A stretch of 32,000 bases of DNA from Vibrio cholerae ATCC 14035 (lineage in GTDB: Bacteria > Pseudomonadota > Gammaproteobacteria > Enterobacterales > Vibrionaceae): positions 300,001-332,000 of the forward strand of contig NZ_JHXR01000002.1 of assembly GCF_000621645.1 (NCBI RefSeq), given 5' to 3'. The notes below the pieces were generated by a model. It ran no database searches, had not been told where the DNA came from, and was given only the letters and a program-made list of their open reading frames with translations. Position 1 is the first letter of the stretch; every line of letters starts with the position of its first letter. This document shows positions 8,108-16,793 of the stretch, one piece after another. Position numbers and translations under genes: made by a program.

Positions 8108-9148
8108 TTATGCGTGCTTCTTTTGTAGTTGTTCAACAATCCAAGTCGCCATTGCCCCTAAAGGTTTGACGACATCCGCAGCCCCCAGCTCGATCGCTAC
8201 TCGCGGCATGCCCCAAACCACGCTTGATTGCTCATCCTGCGCTGCGGTCGCCGCTCCTTGTTGATGCATCGCCAACATGCCTTTCGCGCCATCTTGTCCC
8301 ATGCCGGTCAACAAAATCCCCATCGCTTTACTGCCTACATGCTGAGCAATTGAATTAAACATTACATCCACCGAGGGTTTGTGCCGATTCACCGCAGGTC
8401 TGTCATCTAACTCAACATAAAGTTTGCCAGCCCGTTTCACGACCACGATATGCTTATCGCCTGGAGCGAGATAGGCGCAGCTACTCTCAAGTGCTGTCGT
8501 TGGTTGTGTCACCTCTTGTACATGGAGAGCGCTGCTGTCATTTAATCGTTTCGCTAAGGAGGCCGTAAACTGCGCGCCAATATGCTGAGTCATGACGATA
8601 GGAGGTAAGCCAGAAGGTAATGCTGCGAGGACTTGTTTGACGGCTTCCGTACCACCAGTAGAAGAGCCGATAGCAATCAACTGGTAATCGGTGGAAACTC
8701 GCTCCGTAATGGGCGCTGAAACCGTCGCACTCTGCACAAACCCTACATTGGCTTGTGCCGCCATTTTGATTTTGTCATTCACCAAGTTTTTATAATTGAG
8801 CATTTCAGCCGGGTTATCTGAAGAAGGTTTGGGGAAATAATCCACAGCGCCTAACTCAAGAGCCGCCAACGTTGCTTCCGCACCGTGCTGGGTTAAGGTG
8901 GAGATCATCACCACAGGTAATGGATGAAGGCGCATCAGATTTTTAAGAAACTGCACACCATTCATTTTGGGCATTTCAACATCTAAGGTCACCACATCGG
9001 GTTGATAGTGCTTAATCAGTTCACGCGCTTGGTAAGGATCTTCTGCGCTCGCCACCACTTGCAACGCGGGGTCGCTATCAATCAACTGGGTTAATAAAGC
9101 CCGAAATACCGGAGAATCATCCACGATCAAGACTTTGATTTTTTTCAT
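8108..9148 (-). CDS. cheB: Chemotaxis methylesterase/deamidase CheB (REC + CheB_methylest); the cluster III paralogue
   Basis: 346 aa. REC: VLIVDDS...[11 protein letters not shown]. Esterase triad context: GSSTGG (Ser), TQHI (His), GMGQDGA (Asp). The ATG overlaps the cheD stop (ATGA). Confidence 0.95.
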   Translation of the reverse strand: MKKIKVLIVDDSPVFRALLTQLIDSDPALQVVASAEDPYQARELIKHYQPDVVTLDVEMPKMNGVQFLKNLMRLHPLPVVMISTLTQHGAEATLAALELGAVDYFPKPSSDNPAEMLNYKNLVNDKIKMAAQANVGFVQSATVSAPITERVSTDYQLIAIGSSTGGTEAVKQVLAALPSGLPPIVMTQHIGAQFTASLAKRLNDSSALHVQEVTQPTTALESSCAYLAPGDKHIVVVKRAGKLYVELDDRPAVNRHKPSVDVMFNSIAQHVGSKAMGILLTGMGQDGAKGMLAMHQQGAATAAQDEQSSVVWGMPRVAIELGAADVVKPLGAMATWIVEQLQKKHA

Positions 9149-9798
9149 TGAAACAACTCCACATCGTCAGAGGGAATTTGCTTATCTATGCTGTGTTGAT
9201 AGAGTTCTTCATCCTGTTTAATTGCATGCGCCGAACTAAATCCAATGCGTTTTACCCATGCCTGCCCGGCCTGTGGATCAAACAACAATTTTCGCGGTTG
9301 AGCGCCTCCCAAATCTTGCGCCACGACGTTTAGCTTTTCACGTTTGGCATACTCAAGCACAAACTCGACGTTTTTTTCCCCAACCAGCGACTGGTACCCC
9401 ATTAAGTGAGCGCCACCAAACAGTTTAAACTTCAATCTCTCTCGCTCTGCCCCCATGGACAATAACCGATTAATCAAGACCTCCATTGCATAACATCCGT
9501 AGCGAGAAGAGTCCGACAATAACGCTTGTGGATGCCAATGTTGGCTTTCAAATTGGTTATTAAAAGGCAGCAAAAAGTGGTTCATACCTCCCACTTTCAT
9601 CTCAATATCCCAAGCACAAGCAGACACACAAGAACCCAATCCAGTATGAATAATTTCTTGATCGGACGTAGCATAGACGCCTCCCGGCATCACTTTGACC
9701 CAATGCCGATGATCACTAGGGTGGTTGAAGCGATAATATTGGCCTTTCGCTTCTTCCTGTTTTAGTTTGCGCTTAGTGGCAAGTTTACTGTCTGACAT
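9145..9798 (-). CDS. cheD: Chemoreceptor glutamine deamidase CheD
   Basis: Motifs [12 protein letters not shown] (catalytic Cys) and MNHFLLP. I prefer the ATG at 9798 (MSDSKLATK..., 217 aa) to the ORF-track start at 9846, which would overlap cheR by 62 nt. The tail is [17 protein letters not shown]. Confidence 0.85.
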
Positions 9799-10615
9799 AA
9801 ACAGTATGTCCCAGATGATGGAAAAGCGAACTGCAACGACCAACACTCTCTGAATGCCCTAGCATCAGTACGCCACCCGGCTTGAGTTGCTGGTGAAAAC
9901 GTTCAATCAACTGTTCTTGGGTCGGACGATCAAAATAGATCATCACGTTGCGGCACAAGATAAGATCCAGCTTCTGTTTAAACGGCCATTCCTGAATCAG
10001 ATTCAATTGGTGAAAGTCGATATAGCGTTGCAAACTCTGTTTAATCTTCATATTGCCTTGCTGATCTTTGACCCCACGGACGAAACAACGACGCAAATAC
10101 CGTTCAGGAATCGAGCTTTGCGATTCAATGGGATAAATCCCCAAACTCGCTTTCTCTAACACTGCCGTATCCAGATCGGTTGCCCAAATTTTGATATCCG
10201 GACAAAAGTTCATGACTCCCGCATGATCTAAAACCGACACTAAAGTGTAAGGCTCTTCACCGGTCGAACATCCCGCTGACCAAAAACGCAGTTGGCCTAC
10301 CCGCTCTTTACTCCACTCTGGAACCAATACTTTTTCAATAAATTCAAAATGATGGCTCTCACGGAAAAATTCTGTTTTGTTGGTGGTCAAGGTATTAATG
10401 AAGTGAATGCGCTCCTGCTCATCACTTTCAATCAGCTCACGAAATTGTGTAAAACGGCGTAAACCCTTACGGCGCATCTGCCGACTCAAGCGGCCATACA
10501 CCATGGTACGCTTGGAATCCGGGAGATAAATTCCGACCGTTTTATGCATAAACCATTGAATAAATTTGAAATCTTTATCTGTGAGTTCAAATTCTTGCTC
10601 ATTGACCGCCAACAT
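9785..10615 (-). CDS. cheR: Chemotaxis methyltransferase CheR
   Basis: 276 aa. N-terminal CheR helical domain, then a SAM-binding domain ([26 protein letters not shown]). Confidence 0.95.
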
Positions 10616-10629
10616 ACGTTATCCCTAGA

Positions 10630-12666
10630 TTAGAATTCTTCCCATTCGTCACCTTCTTCTGCCGCCCGAGCTGGCATTTTATGTACGGCCTGATTTATCG
10701 GTGCTTTATGCATGCTAACCACAGGCTTGGTTTTGGGTGGCGTTGATTGGCGAGGTTTGCGCTCAAAAGTGGTGACATTATTTTCGGTGACAAAGAAATT
10801 CATCAAATTAAGCAGCTCTTTTCCTTCATCTTTGAGTGACTGACTCGCCGCTGATGTTTCTTCCACCAGTGAAGCGTTCTGCTGGGTCATTTCATCCATA
10901 GCAGCAATCGCTCGGTTGATTTCATCAATGCCCGTGGATTGCTCCACACTGGAAGCGGCGATCTGTGCAATCAGATCCGAGACTCTCACTACCGCTTCAA
11001 CAATTTCTTTAAGTGTCGATCCCGATTCATTGACTAAGCGTGAGCCTTCATTCACCTTATCGACACTATCGTTAATCAAACCTTTAATCTCTTTCGCCGC
11101 TCCGGCACTACGCTGCGCGAGATTACGCACTTCTCCGGCAACCACGGCAAAGCCACGCCCTTGTTCACCGGCCCGCGCCGCTTCTACCGCAGCATTCAGA
11201 GCCAACAAGTTGGTTTGGAAAGCGATTTCATCAATCACGCTAATGATGTCCGCAATTTTCTTACTGGCGGTATTGATTGCCCCCATCGCGCTGATGGCTT
11301 CACCAACCACTTCTCCGCCTCGGGCAGCTTTTTTCGCCGCATCGGTCGCAAGTAGATTGGCATCTTTCGCGTTATCCGCATTTTGACGCACGGTTGCTGT
11401 TATCTCTTCCATACTGGCGGCAGTTTCTTCCAAGTTAGAAGCCTGAGCTTCCACACGCTGGCTGAGATCGTTATTGCCATCCGCTATCTCTGTAGAAGCG
11501 GTCGCAACTCGAGCAGAAGAAACGGTAATTTTGTCGACCATATTGCGTAGGTTCACAATCGAAGCGTTGACCGCACTGGCTAATCGACCAAATTCGCCTT
11601 GGTACTCTTCAGACATGCTGGTATTGAGATCGCCTTCAGCCACTCGGCTCATCACCGTAATACACTGGCCCAATGGTTCCACCAGCGTGTTAAGCAAGTT
11701 ATTGATGCCATCTCCCAACTCACGCATAAAACCGTTGTAGCCACTGGTATTGATCCGGTCATGCAGGTCACCTTTAATCGCTTTTTGGATCAAAGACTCC
11801 ACTTGGCGCTGGCCATCACGCTGCTCGGTGATATCTACCCATTGCAACGCAGGACCTATGTATTCGCCTTTTGTATCGCGCATCGCAATACAAGTCAGAT
11901 TAAACTCTAAAGAGCCCACTTTGATCATGGAGGTGAAAGGCAAGCGTTCTGGGTTACTAATGATCGAACGCTGATGTGCAGGATTTTTATGGAAAATGTC
12001 GATATTTTTCCCCACCAACTCCGCGGCTTTAAAGCCGGGAAAGGCCTGCGCGAGTTCTGGTTCACGGTGGGTCAACAGTTGTAACAGTGCGGGGTTAAGA
12101 TATTGAATAATCCCCTCTTTATCCGCCATCATCAAATTCGTCGTCATGCCTTCGACCGCCGAAGCTAAACGACCTATTTGCTGATCACGCAAGAGCTCTT
12201 CGGTCACATCACGCCATTCCAAGGTATTGCCAATGTAAGAACCACGATCATCAATAATCGCGCCTACAATCAGCTCGATTTTTACTCCTTTGATGTTGAT
12301 GACGGTGGTGTAGGGTAAATGGCTCGGATCCGCGAGCATGGTGCGCTGATGGCGAGGGTTAAGATGAAAATGGTCAATGCAGTAGCCATGTAAAAAATCG
12401 GCCTCGGCACGAAAATCAGGCCAGACGCTACGAAACAACGTTTCGTGTTGTTTTAGCAGCTTGAGCGTTTGATTATTGAAGTAGGTGATCCGAAAGTCGC
12501 GATCTATCATCATCAGTGCTGTTTGTGCCGCATTGAGTGCGGAAAGCAATTGATAGTTAGATAAACCGCTTTGGGTCTCCGACTCGTCAAATTCGCTCGT
12601 GGCGCTCTCCTTGGCTGGCTCAACAAACTGGGGCACAACCTGTTGTTTACGATTCCAAAATGCCAT
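10630..12666 (-). CDS. aer2: Soluble chemoreceptor Aer2 type: PAS-PAS-HAMP array-MCP signalling domain
   Basis: 678 aa with no TM segment. Two PAS domains carry paired His motifs ([11 protein letters not shown] and [11 protein letters not shown]), and Trp is at residue 276 (PALQW276VD). Signalling hairpin: [35 protein letters not shown]. The C-terminal pentapeptide is EWEEF. Confidence 0.9.
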   Translation of the reverse strand: MAFWNRKQQVVPQFVEPAKESATSEFDESETQSGLSNYQLLSALNAAQTALMMIDRDFRITYFNNQTLKLLKQHETLFRSVWPDFRAEADFLHGYCIDHFHLNPRHQRTMLADPSHLPYTTVINIKGVKIELIVGAIIDDRGSYIGNTLEWRDVTEELLRDQQIGRLASAVEGMTTNLMMADKEGIIQYLNPALLQLLTHREPELAQAFPGFKAAELVGKNIDIFHKNPAHQRSIISNPERLPFTSMIKVGSLEFNLTCIAMRDTKGEYIGPALQWVDITEQRDGQRQVESLIQKAIKGDLHDRINTSGYNGFMRELGDGINNLLNTLVEPLGQCITVMSRVAEGDLNTSMSEEYQGEFGRLASAVNASIVNLRNMVDKITVSSARVATASTEIADGNNDLSQRVEAQASNLEETAASMEEITATVRQNADNAKDANLLATDAAKKAARGGEVVGEAISAMGAINTASKKIADIISVIDEIAFQTNLLALNAAVEAARAGEQGRGFAVVAGEVRNLAQRSAGAAKEIKGLINDSVDKVNEGSRLVNESGSTLKEIVEAVVRVSDLIAQIAASSVEQSTGIDEINRAIAAMDEMTQQNASLVEETSAASQSLKDEGKELLNLMNFFVTENNVTTFERKPRQSTPPKTKPVVSMHKAPINQAVHKMPARAAEEGDEWEEF

Positions 12667-12679
12667 GTGTCTTCCCTCG

Positions 12680-13141
12680 TTATATGCTTTCGGCAGTGGT
12701 GCTTAAGCGCAGCGCCTCAACGTCGAACAGCGCATCAATATCAATAAGAACAAGATGTTTGCTTTTCACTGCCGCAATTCCTTTCACGTATTGGTTGCCG
12801 ATCACAGTGGAAATACTGGGCGCATGTTTGATCTCTTGCTCAGACAAGGCATACACCTCAGCGACCGCATCCACAATCAGCCCCAACGGCTGCTGATTCG
12901 CCGCATTAATCACCACCACCACTGTGGTGGCGTTAATTTCAACCGGTACTAAGCCTAAGCGACGCTTCAGATCGACAATCGGAATGTACTCGCCACGAAT
13001 ATCCAACAAGCCAATCACAAACGGTGGCGCATTAGGCAGGATGCGCACAGGACTCCATCCACGCACTTCACGCACTTCCAGAATCGGGATGCCGTACTCT
13101 TCATCATCTAAAACGAAACTGAGAAATTCACGCTGCATCAT
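12680..13141 (-). CDS. cheW: Chemotaxis coupling protein CheW
   Basis: 153 aa single CheW domain ([18 protein letters not shown]...[20 protein letters not shown]). The start overlaps the upstream cheW stop (ATGA). Confidence 0.9.
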   Translation of the reverse strand: MMQREFLSFVLDDEEYGIPILEVREVRGWSPVRILPNAPPFVIGLLDIRGEYIPIVDLKRRLGLVPVEINATTVVVVINAANQQPLGLIVDAVAEVYALSEQEIKHAPSISTVIGNQYVKGIAAVKSKHLVLIDIDALFDVEALRLSTTAESI

Positions 13142-13665
13142 GCTTGTCCCTCATTAAGGATTCGGTCCATATCCAGCAATGCATCACTGTCTAGCAAAGA
13201 CATCACCTCATCCCCGACATTCAAAATGCCACTTAAAAAAGGCACCACCATGCTCTCACCGATTGCCGGATGCAGCGGCATATCGCCTTGGCCAATCACA
13301 TCGCTGACGGAATCAACCACTAAACCCATCAGGCGTTTTTGCTCTTGTTCGCGAGCACTCAAGATCAAGACAACCGTTGTTGGCAAATACTCGTATTGGG
13401 TGAGTCCAAAGCGTTGACGTAAATCGATAATGGGAACAATCATGCCGCGCAGGTTAATCACGCCTTTAACAAAATGCGGCGCTCTCGGGATCGGCGTAGG
13501 TTTTTCCCAAACGCGGATCTCTTCGACATGAGATAAGGTCACCCCGTAAAGCTCAGTTCCGAGCATAAAACTTAAAAAATCTGCGCCCCCAGTCAGCCCC
13601 ATATCCATCGACAAGATTGGCTCAAGAGCGGCACTGGATGATGTGGTCAAATTCGCTGAATTCAT
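13138..13665 (-). CDS. cheW: Chemotaxis coupling protein CheW (second copy, with an N-terminal extension)
   Basis: 175 aa CheW domain (FMLGTELYGVTLSHVEEI...GVINLRGMIVPIIDLRQRFG). AGGAG lies 5 nt before the ATG. Confidence 0.9.
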   Translation of the reverse strand: MNSANLTTSSSAALEPILSMDMGLTGGADFLSFMLGTELYGVTLSHVEEIRVWEKPTPIPRAPHFVKGVINLRGMIVPIIDLRQRFGLTQYEYLPTTVVLILSAREQEQKRLMGLVVDSVSDVIGQGDMPLHPAIGESMVVPFLSGILNVGDEVMSLLDSDALLDMDRILNEGQA

Positions 13666-13673
13666 ACCTGCTC

Positions 13674-15836
13674 CTATGCCGCTTTGCCTTTGGTCGTGGA
13701 AGATGAACTGCGCTTCATAAAGTGGGCGATCAAGCCAGGAATATCGAGGATCAAAGAGACGGAGCCGTCACCCAAAATCGTGGCTCCTGAGATCCCAGCC
13801 ACTTTCGCATAATTGGATTCTAGGCTTTTGATCACCACTTGCTGCTGATCAAGCAGATCATCCACCAGCAAACCTACCCTATGTCCTGCTGATTCGACAA
13901 AACAGATCAAGCGCTTCTCTAAACTGCCACTGCGCCCCATCGCAAGCTCATCTTGCAAACGTAAAATCGGGATATTTTCTTCGCGCAATCGGTAGAGTTC
14001 GATCCCGCCTGCCGCATGTTTGACACTGGCAGTGTTGATCTGAATCGATTCGACAATCGTCAGTAGCGGGATGACGTAGACCTGATCGGCCACTTTGACC
14101 AGTTGACCATCCAAAATCGCCAGTGTCAGAGGCAGACTGATGGTAAAACGGCTTCCTCGACCTAATTCTGAATCGACTTCAATCTGTCCACCGAGCTCTT
14201 CAATGTTGCGTCTCACCACATCCATACCGACACCACGGCCTGAGATGTCTGAGACTTGCTCGGCGGTAGAAAACCCGGGCGCAAAAATTAAATTGATGAT
14301 CTGTTTATCGGTCAGATCACTACGTTGGGTCTGAGGCTCTAACACCCCCTTTTCCACCGCTTTGCGCCAAAGCTTGTCGCAATCAATCCCTGCCCCATCG
14401 TCACTGATTTCGACAATGATCGAGCCACCTTGATGAAAGGCTTTTAACGTGATCACTCCCGTTTCAGGCTTACCTTTGGCAAGGCGGACATCCGGCATTT
14501 CAACACCATGATCGATACCGTTGCGCACCAAATGCACGAGAGGATCCACAATCCGTTCGAGCACAGTTTTATCCAGCTCCGTTTGTTCACCTTGGATTTG
14601 TAAATCGACTTTTTTCCCCAAACGACCACACAAATCCCGAACTAAACGGGGAAAACGACTAAACGCAAAACTCATCGGTAGCATGCGAATATTGAGTACG
14701 TTTTCTTGCAGATCTTTACTGTTTTGCAGCAGCTGCGCTAAACCGGCTTTTAACTTGTCCAATTTGTCCATTGAAAAGTCATTACCGAGTTCGGTGAGCA
14801 TGGATTGGGTAATCACTAACTCGCCGACCAAATTAATCAGGTTATCGACTTTCTCGATATCGACGCGGATAGAGGAGACACTTGAGTCGGTTTTCGCAGG
14901 CTTGTTAGTCGCGGACTCTTTGGGGTTAGCGATGACAGGAGCGACAGTTGCAACCGGCGGTTCTACCGCAGGTAAGTCAACGATGGCAACAGGCTCGACC
15001 TGAGTTTGGGGATTGCTTTGAAGCGTCGCTGCAGGAGCAGCCTGCTCATCCTCTACATGAGCGCTAGCCTCGTCACTGAGTATTGGGGCGATGTGCAAAT
15101 CACACTCATCTTCAACCCAGTCGAACAGCTCACGCACATCGTTTTCCGACACATCTCCTGTTAACCGGATCGTCCAACTCAGATAACAGAGTTCAGGATC
15201 GATTTCAGCTAACTCTGGTAGAGCTTGATGGTCTAGCTCTATTTGATATTCAGAACCTAACTCACGCAGCTCACGTAAGATACGCAGCGGGTCATTACCG
15301 CTATAAAACAGTGTTTCATGAGGAACAAAACGGATGCGCCAGCCTTGTGCCGTCGCATCTGGGATTGCAATAGCATCGGCGTGCGTATTCGATGTGTGCG
15401 TATTGGATGATACGGGCTGCGCTTGACTCATTACCCTATCGGCTCCCTGATCCGCTAACAAGGCTTGCAGTTCAGCCCCGACTTGCTGTTTCAAGGCTTC
15501 GTCAATCGCTGTCTCTTGTTCCCGACTATCCAACATGTTGCGTATGACATCGCAGCTTTTGAGCAAAGTATCAACACCTTGTGCGGTGAGCTGCTTTTTC
15601 TGGTTGCGGATTAAATCGAGGTAGGTTTCGACCGCATGGGTAAATTCGCTGATCTCATGCAAATTGAAGGTGCCGGCTCCCCCTTTGATCGAGTGAGCCG
15701 CACGAAAAATCGTATTGAGTACCTCAAGATCGACCTGAGAAGGATCCAGTTGCAACAGTTCCCCTTCCAAAGTCTCAAGATTTTCACGGCATTCAACATG
15801 AAAAATCTTGCGCAGTTGTTCCATATCTAAAGCCAT
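13674..15836 (-). CDS. cheA: Chemotaxis histidine kinase CheA (P1-P2-P3-P4-P5)
   Basis: 720 aa. Hpt: AHSIKGGAGTF. HATPase: DPLVHLVRNGIDHG, DDGAGID, GRGVGMDVV, GRGSRF. A C-terminal CheW-like domain is present. Confidence 0.95.
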   Translation of the reverse strand: MALDMEQLRKIFHVECRENLETLEGELLQLDPSQVDLEVLNTIFRAAHSIKGGAGTFNLHEISEFTHAVETYLDLIRNQKKQLTAQGVDTLLKSCDVIRNMLDSREQETAIDEALKQQVGAELQALLADQGADRVMSQAQPVSSNTHTSNTHADAIAIPDATAQGWRIRFVPHETLFYSGNDPLRILRELRELGSEYQIELDHQALPELAEIDPELCYLSWTIRLTGDVSENDVRELFDWVEDECDLHIAPILSDEASAHVEDEQAAPAATLQSNPQTQVEPVAIVDLPAVEPPVATVAPVIANPKESATNKPAKTDSSVSSIRVDIEKVDNLINLVGELVITQSMLTELGNDFSMDKLDKLKAGLAQLLQNSKDLQENVLNIRMLPMSFAFSRFPRLVRDLCGRLGKKVDLQIQGEQTELDKTVLERIVDPLVHLVRNGIDHGVEMPDVRLAKGKPETGVITLKAFHQGGSIIVEISDDGAGIDCDKLWRKAVEKGVLEPQTQRSDLTDKQIINLIFAPGFSTAEQVSDISGRGVGMDVVRRNIEELGGQIEVDSELGRGSRFTISLPLTLAILDGQLVKVADQVYVIPLLTIVESIQINTASVKHAAGGIELYRLREENIPILRLQDELAMGRSGSLEKRLICFVESAGHRVGLLVDDLLDQQQVVIKSLESNYAKVAGISGATILGDGSVSLILDIPGLIAHFMKRSSSSTTKGKAA

Positions 15837-15884
15837 AACTCACCCGCCCACTGACTAGTTTTGATTCTTTTAGAGTTCAGCTTT

Positions 15885-16244
15885 TTACAAAACGCGCTGC
15901 AAAGTTTTTAGCAGGGTTTCTGGGTTGAAGGGTTTGACTAGCCATCCTGTTGCACCGACTGCTTTGCCCTCTTGTTTTTTTTCTGGGCTGGTTTCGGTGG
16001 TTAACATCAAAATGGGAGTAAACTTATACTGGCTTTGCATACGCACCGCTTTTACAAACTCAAAACCTGTCATCACTGGCATGTTGACATCAGAGATGAT
16101 GACGTCAAAACGCGCCTTCTGCGCTTTGGCTAAAGCTTCACGCCCGTCGGCTGCCGTTTCAACCTCATAACCCGCGTCTTGCAAAGTATGAGAAACCATT
16201 TGTCGAATCGAAATTGAATCATCTACTGCCAAAACTTTTGCCAT
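15885..16244 (-). CDS. cheY: Chemotaxis response regulator CheY
   Basis: Single REC domain: LAVDDS, IISDVNMP, LTTE, VKPF. I prefer the ATG at 16244 (MAKVLAVDD), which is preceded by GAGGGA with 6-nt spacing, to the GTG at 16262 in the ORF track. Confidence 0.9.
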   Translation of the reverse strand: MAKVLAVDDSISIRQMVSHTLQDAGYEVETAADGREALAKAQKARFDVIISDVNMPVMTGFEFVKAVRMQSQYKFTPILMLTTETSPEKKQEGKAVGATGWLVKPFNPETLLKTLQRVL

Positions 16245-16254
16245 AGTGTTTCCC

Positions 16255-16524
16255 TCATTCACTCTTTAGCTGCATCAGGTCTGCCATCCCCAGCAGGGCA
16301 AGTCCTTCAGCTAACACGTCAGATAATTGTTCAAAATGGATCTGCTGCCCATTGTGCTGTGCGGTGATAAATAAGGAAGCCAATAGTTGAACACCCGCGG
16401 CATCCACCCGAGCAACGGCGCTACCATCAATCACTATCGGTGCTTCTTGGCTCATCCACGGCAAAAGCTGCTGCTTGCACTCTTGTACATGCGCAATGTC
16501 CAGAACTTCATTCAGTATCAACAT
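16255..16524 (-). CDS. STAS-domain protein lacking the phosphorylatable serine; first gene of the chemosensory operon
   Basis: About 89 aa from the ATG at 16524 (the ORF track starts at a TTG at 16560). STAS-like core: VIDGSAVARVDAAGVQLLASL. DAAG replaces DSxG. Confidence 0.65.
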   Translation of the reverse strand: MLILNEVLDIAHVQECKQQLLPWMSQEAPIVIDGSAVARVDAAGVQLLASLFITAQHNGQQIHFEQLSDVLAEGLALLGMADLMQLKSE

Positions 16525-16754
16525 GGAAATCCAAACCTTTAAGATGAAATGAATAGTCAACCATTTTCCTACTTCCCATTTTTGAGTTTAGGAGGGATTA
16601 GCCAATTATCAAATGCAGCAAGAATATCTCTCACCAAAGTCGTCGTGTGCTCTGCCTGCAGTAATCGACAAATACCAGTGGATCCCGAGTTTCAAGATTG
16701 TTTATTTTTTCAACCAGACACATATAGACATGATTTTTATTCTCATGCTTTAAT

Positions 16755-16777
16755 TAATTGTTATGTTATAACATTTT
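16755..16777. promoter_or_regulatory. Zur box (zinc uptake regulator operator) in front of the ABC importer operon
   Basis: tAAtTGTTATgTTATAACATTTt matches the gamma-proteobacterial Zur consensus GAAATGTTATANTATAACATTTC at 18 of 22 defined positions, and 14/15 in the core TGTTATAnTATAACA. It ends 17 nt before the ATG at 16794. Confidence 0.7.
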
Positions 16778-16793
16778 AATTAAGGACATTTTG

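Noticed and set aside
9799-9846. Longer N-terminal extensions offered by the ORF track. These are: cheD to 9846, cheY to 16262, STAS to 16560, SBP from 16758, permease from 19253, ATPase from 19984, regulator to 25740, TPR to 26224, HO-like to 27745
   Set aside because: The extensions use GTG/TTG, lack an SD, overlap the upstream genes, or add non-homologous residues. Internal ATG/GTG starts with good SDs or stop-start coupling were preferred.
10916-11386. 156-aa ORF on the + strand inside aer2 (also 11161..11355, 11474..11740, 11599..11910, 11750..11974)
   Set aside because: It is antisense to a strongly supported MCP gene. The Ala/Ser/Thr-rich, low-complexity translation is typical of the reverse frame of MCP coiled-coil DNA, and there is no SD or independent signal.
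14521-15003. 160-aa ORF antisense to cheA
   Set aside because: It lies entirely within cheA on the opposite strand, has Ser/Thr/Cys-rich composition and no ribosome-binding site. It is a shadow ORF.
16755-16777. The AT-rich palindrome upstream of the SBP gene read as a Fur box or NikR operator
   Set aside because: It matches the Fur consensus GATAATGATAATCATTATC poorly and lacks the NikR GTATGA-N16-TCATAC arrangement. The Zur consensus fits far better (14/15 in the core).
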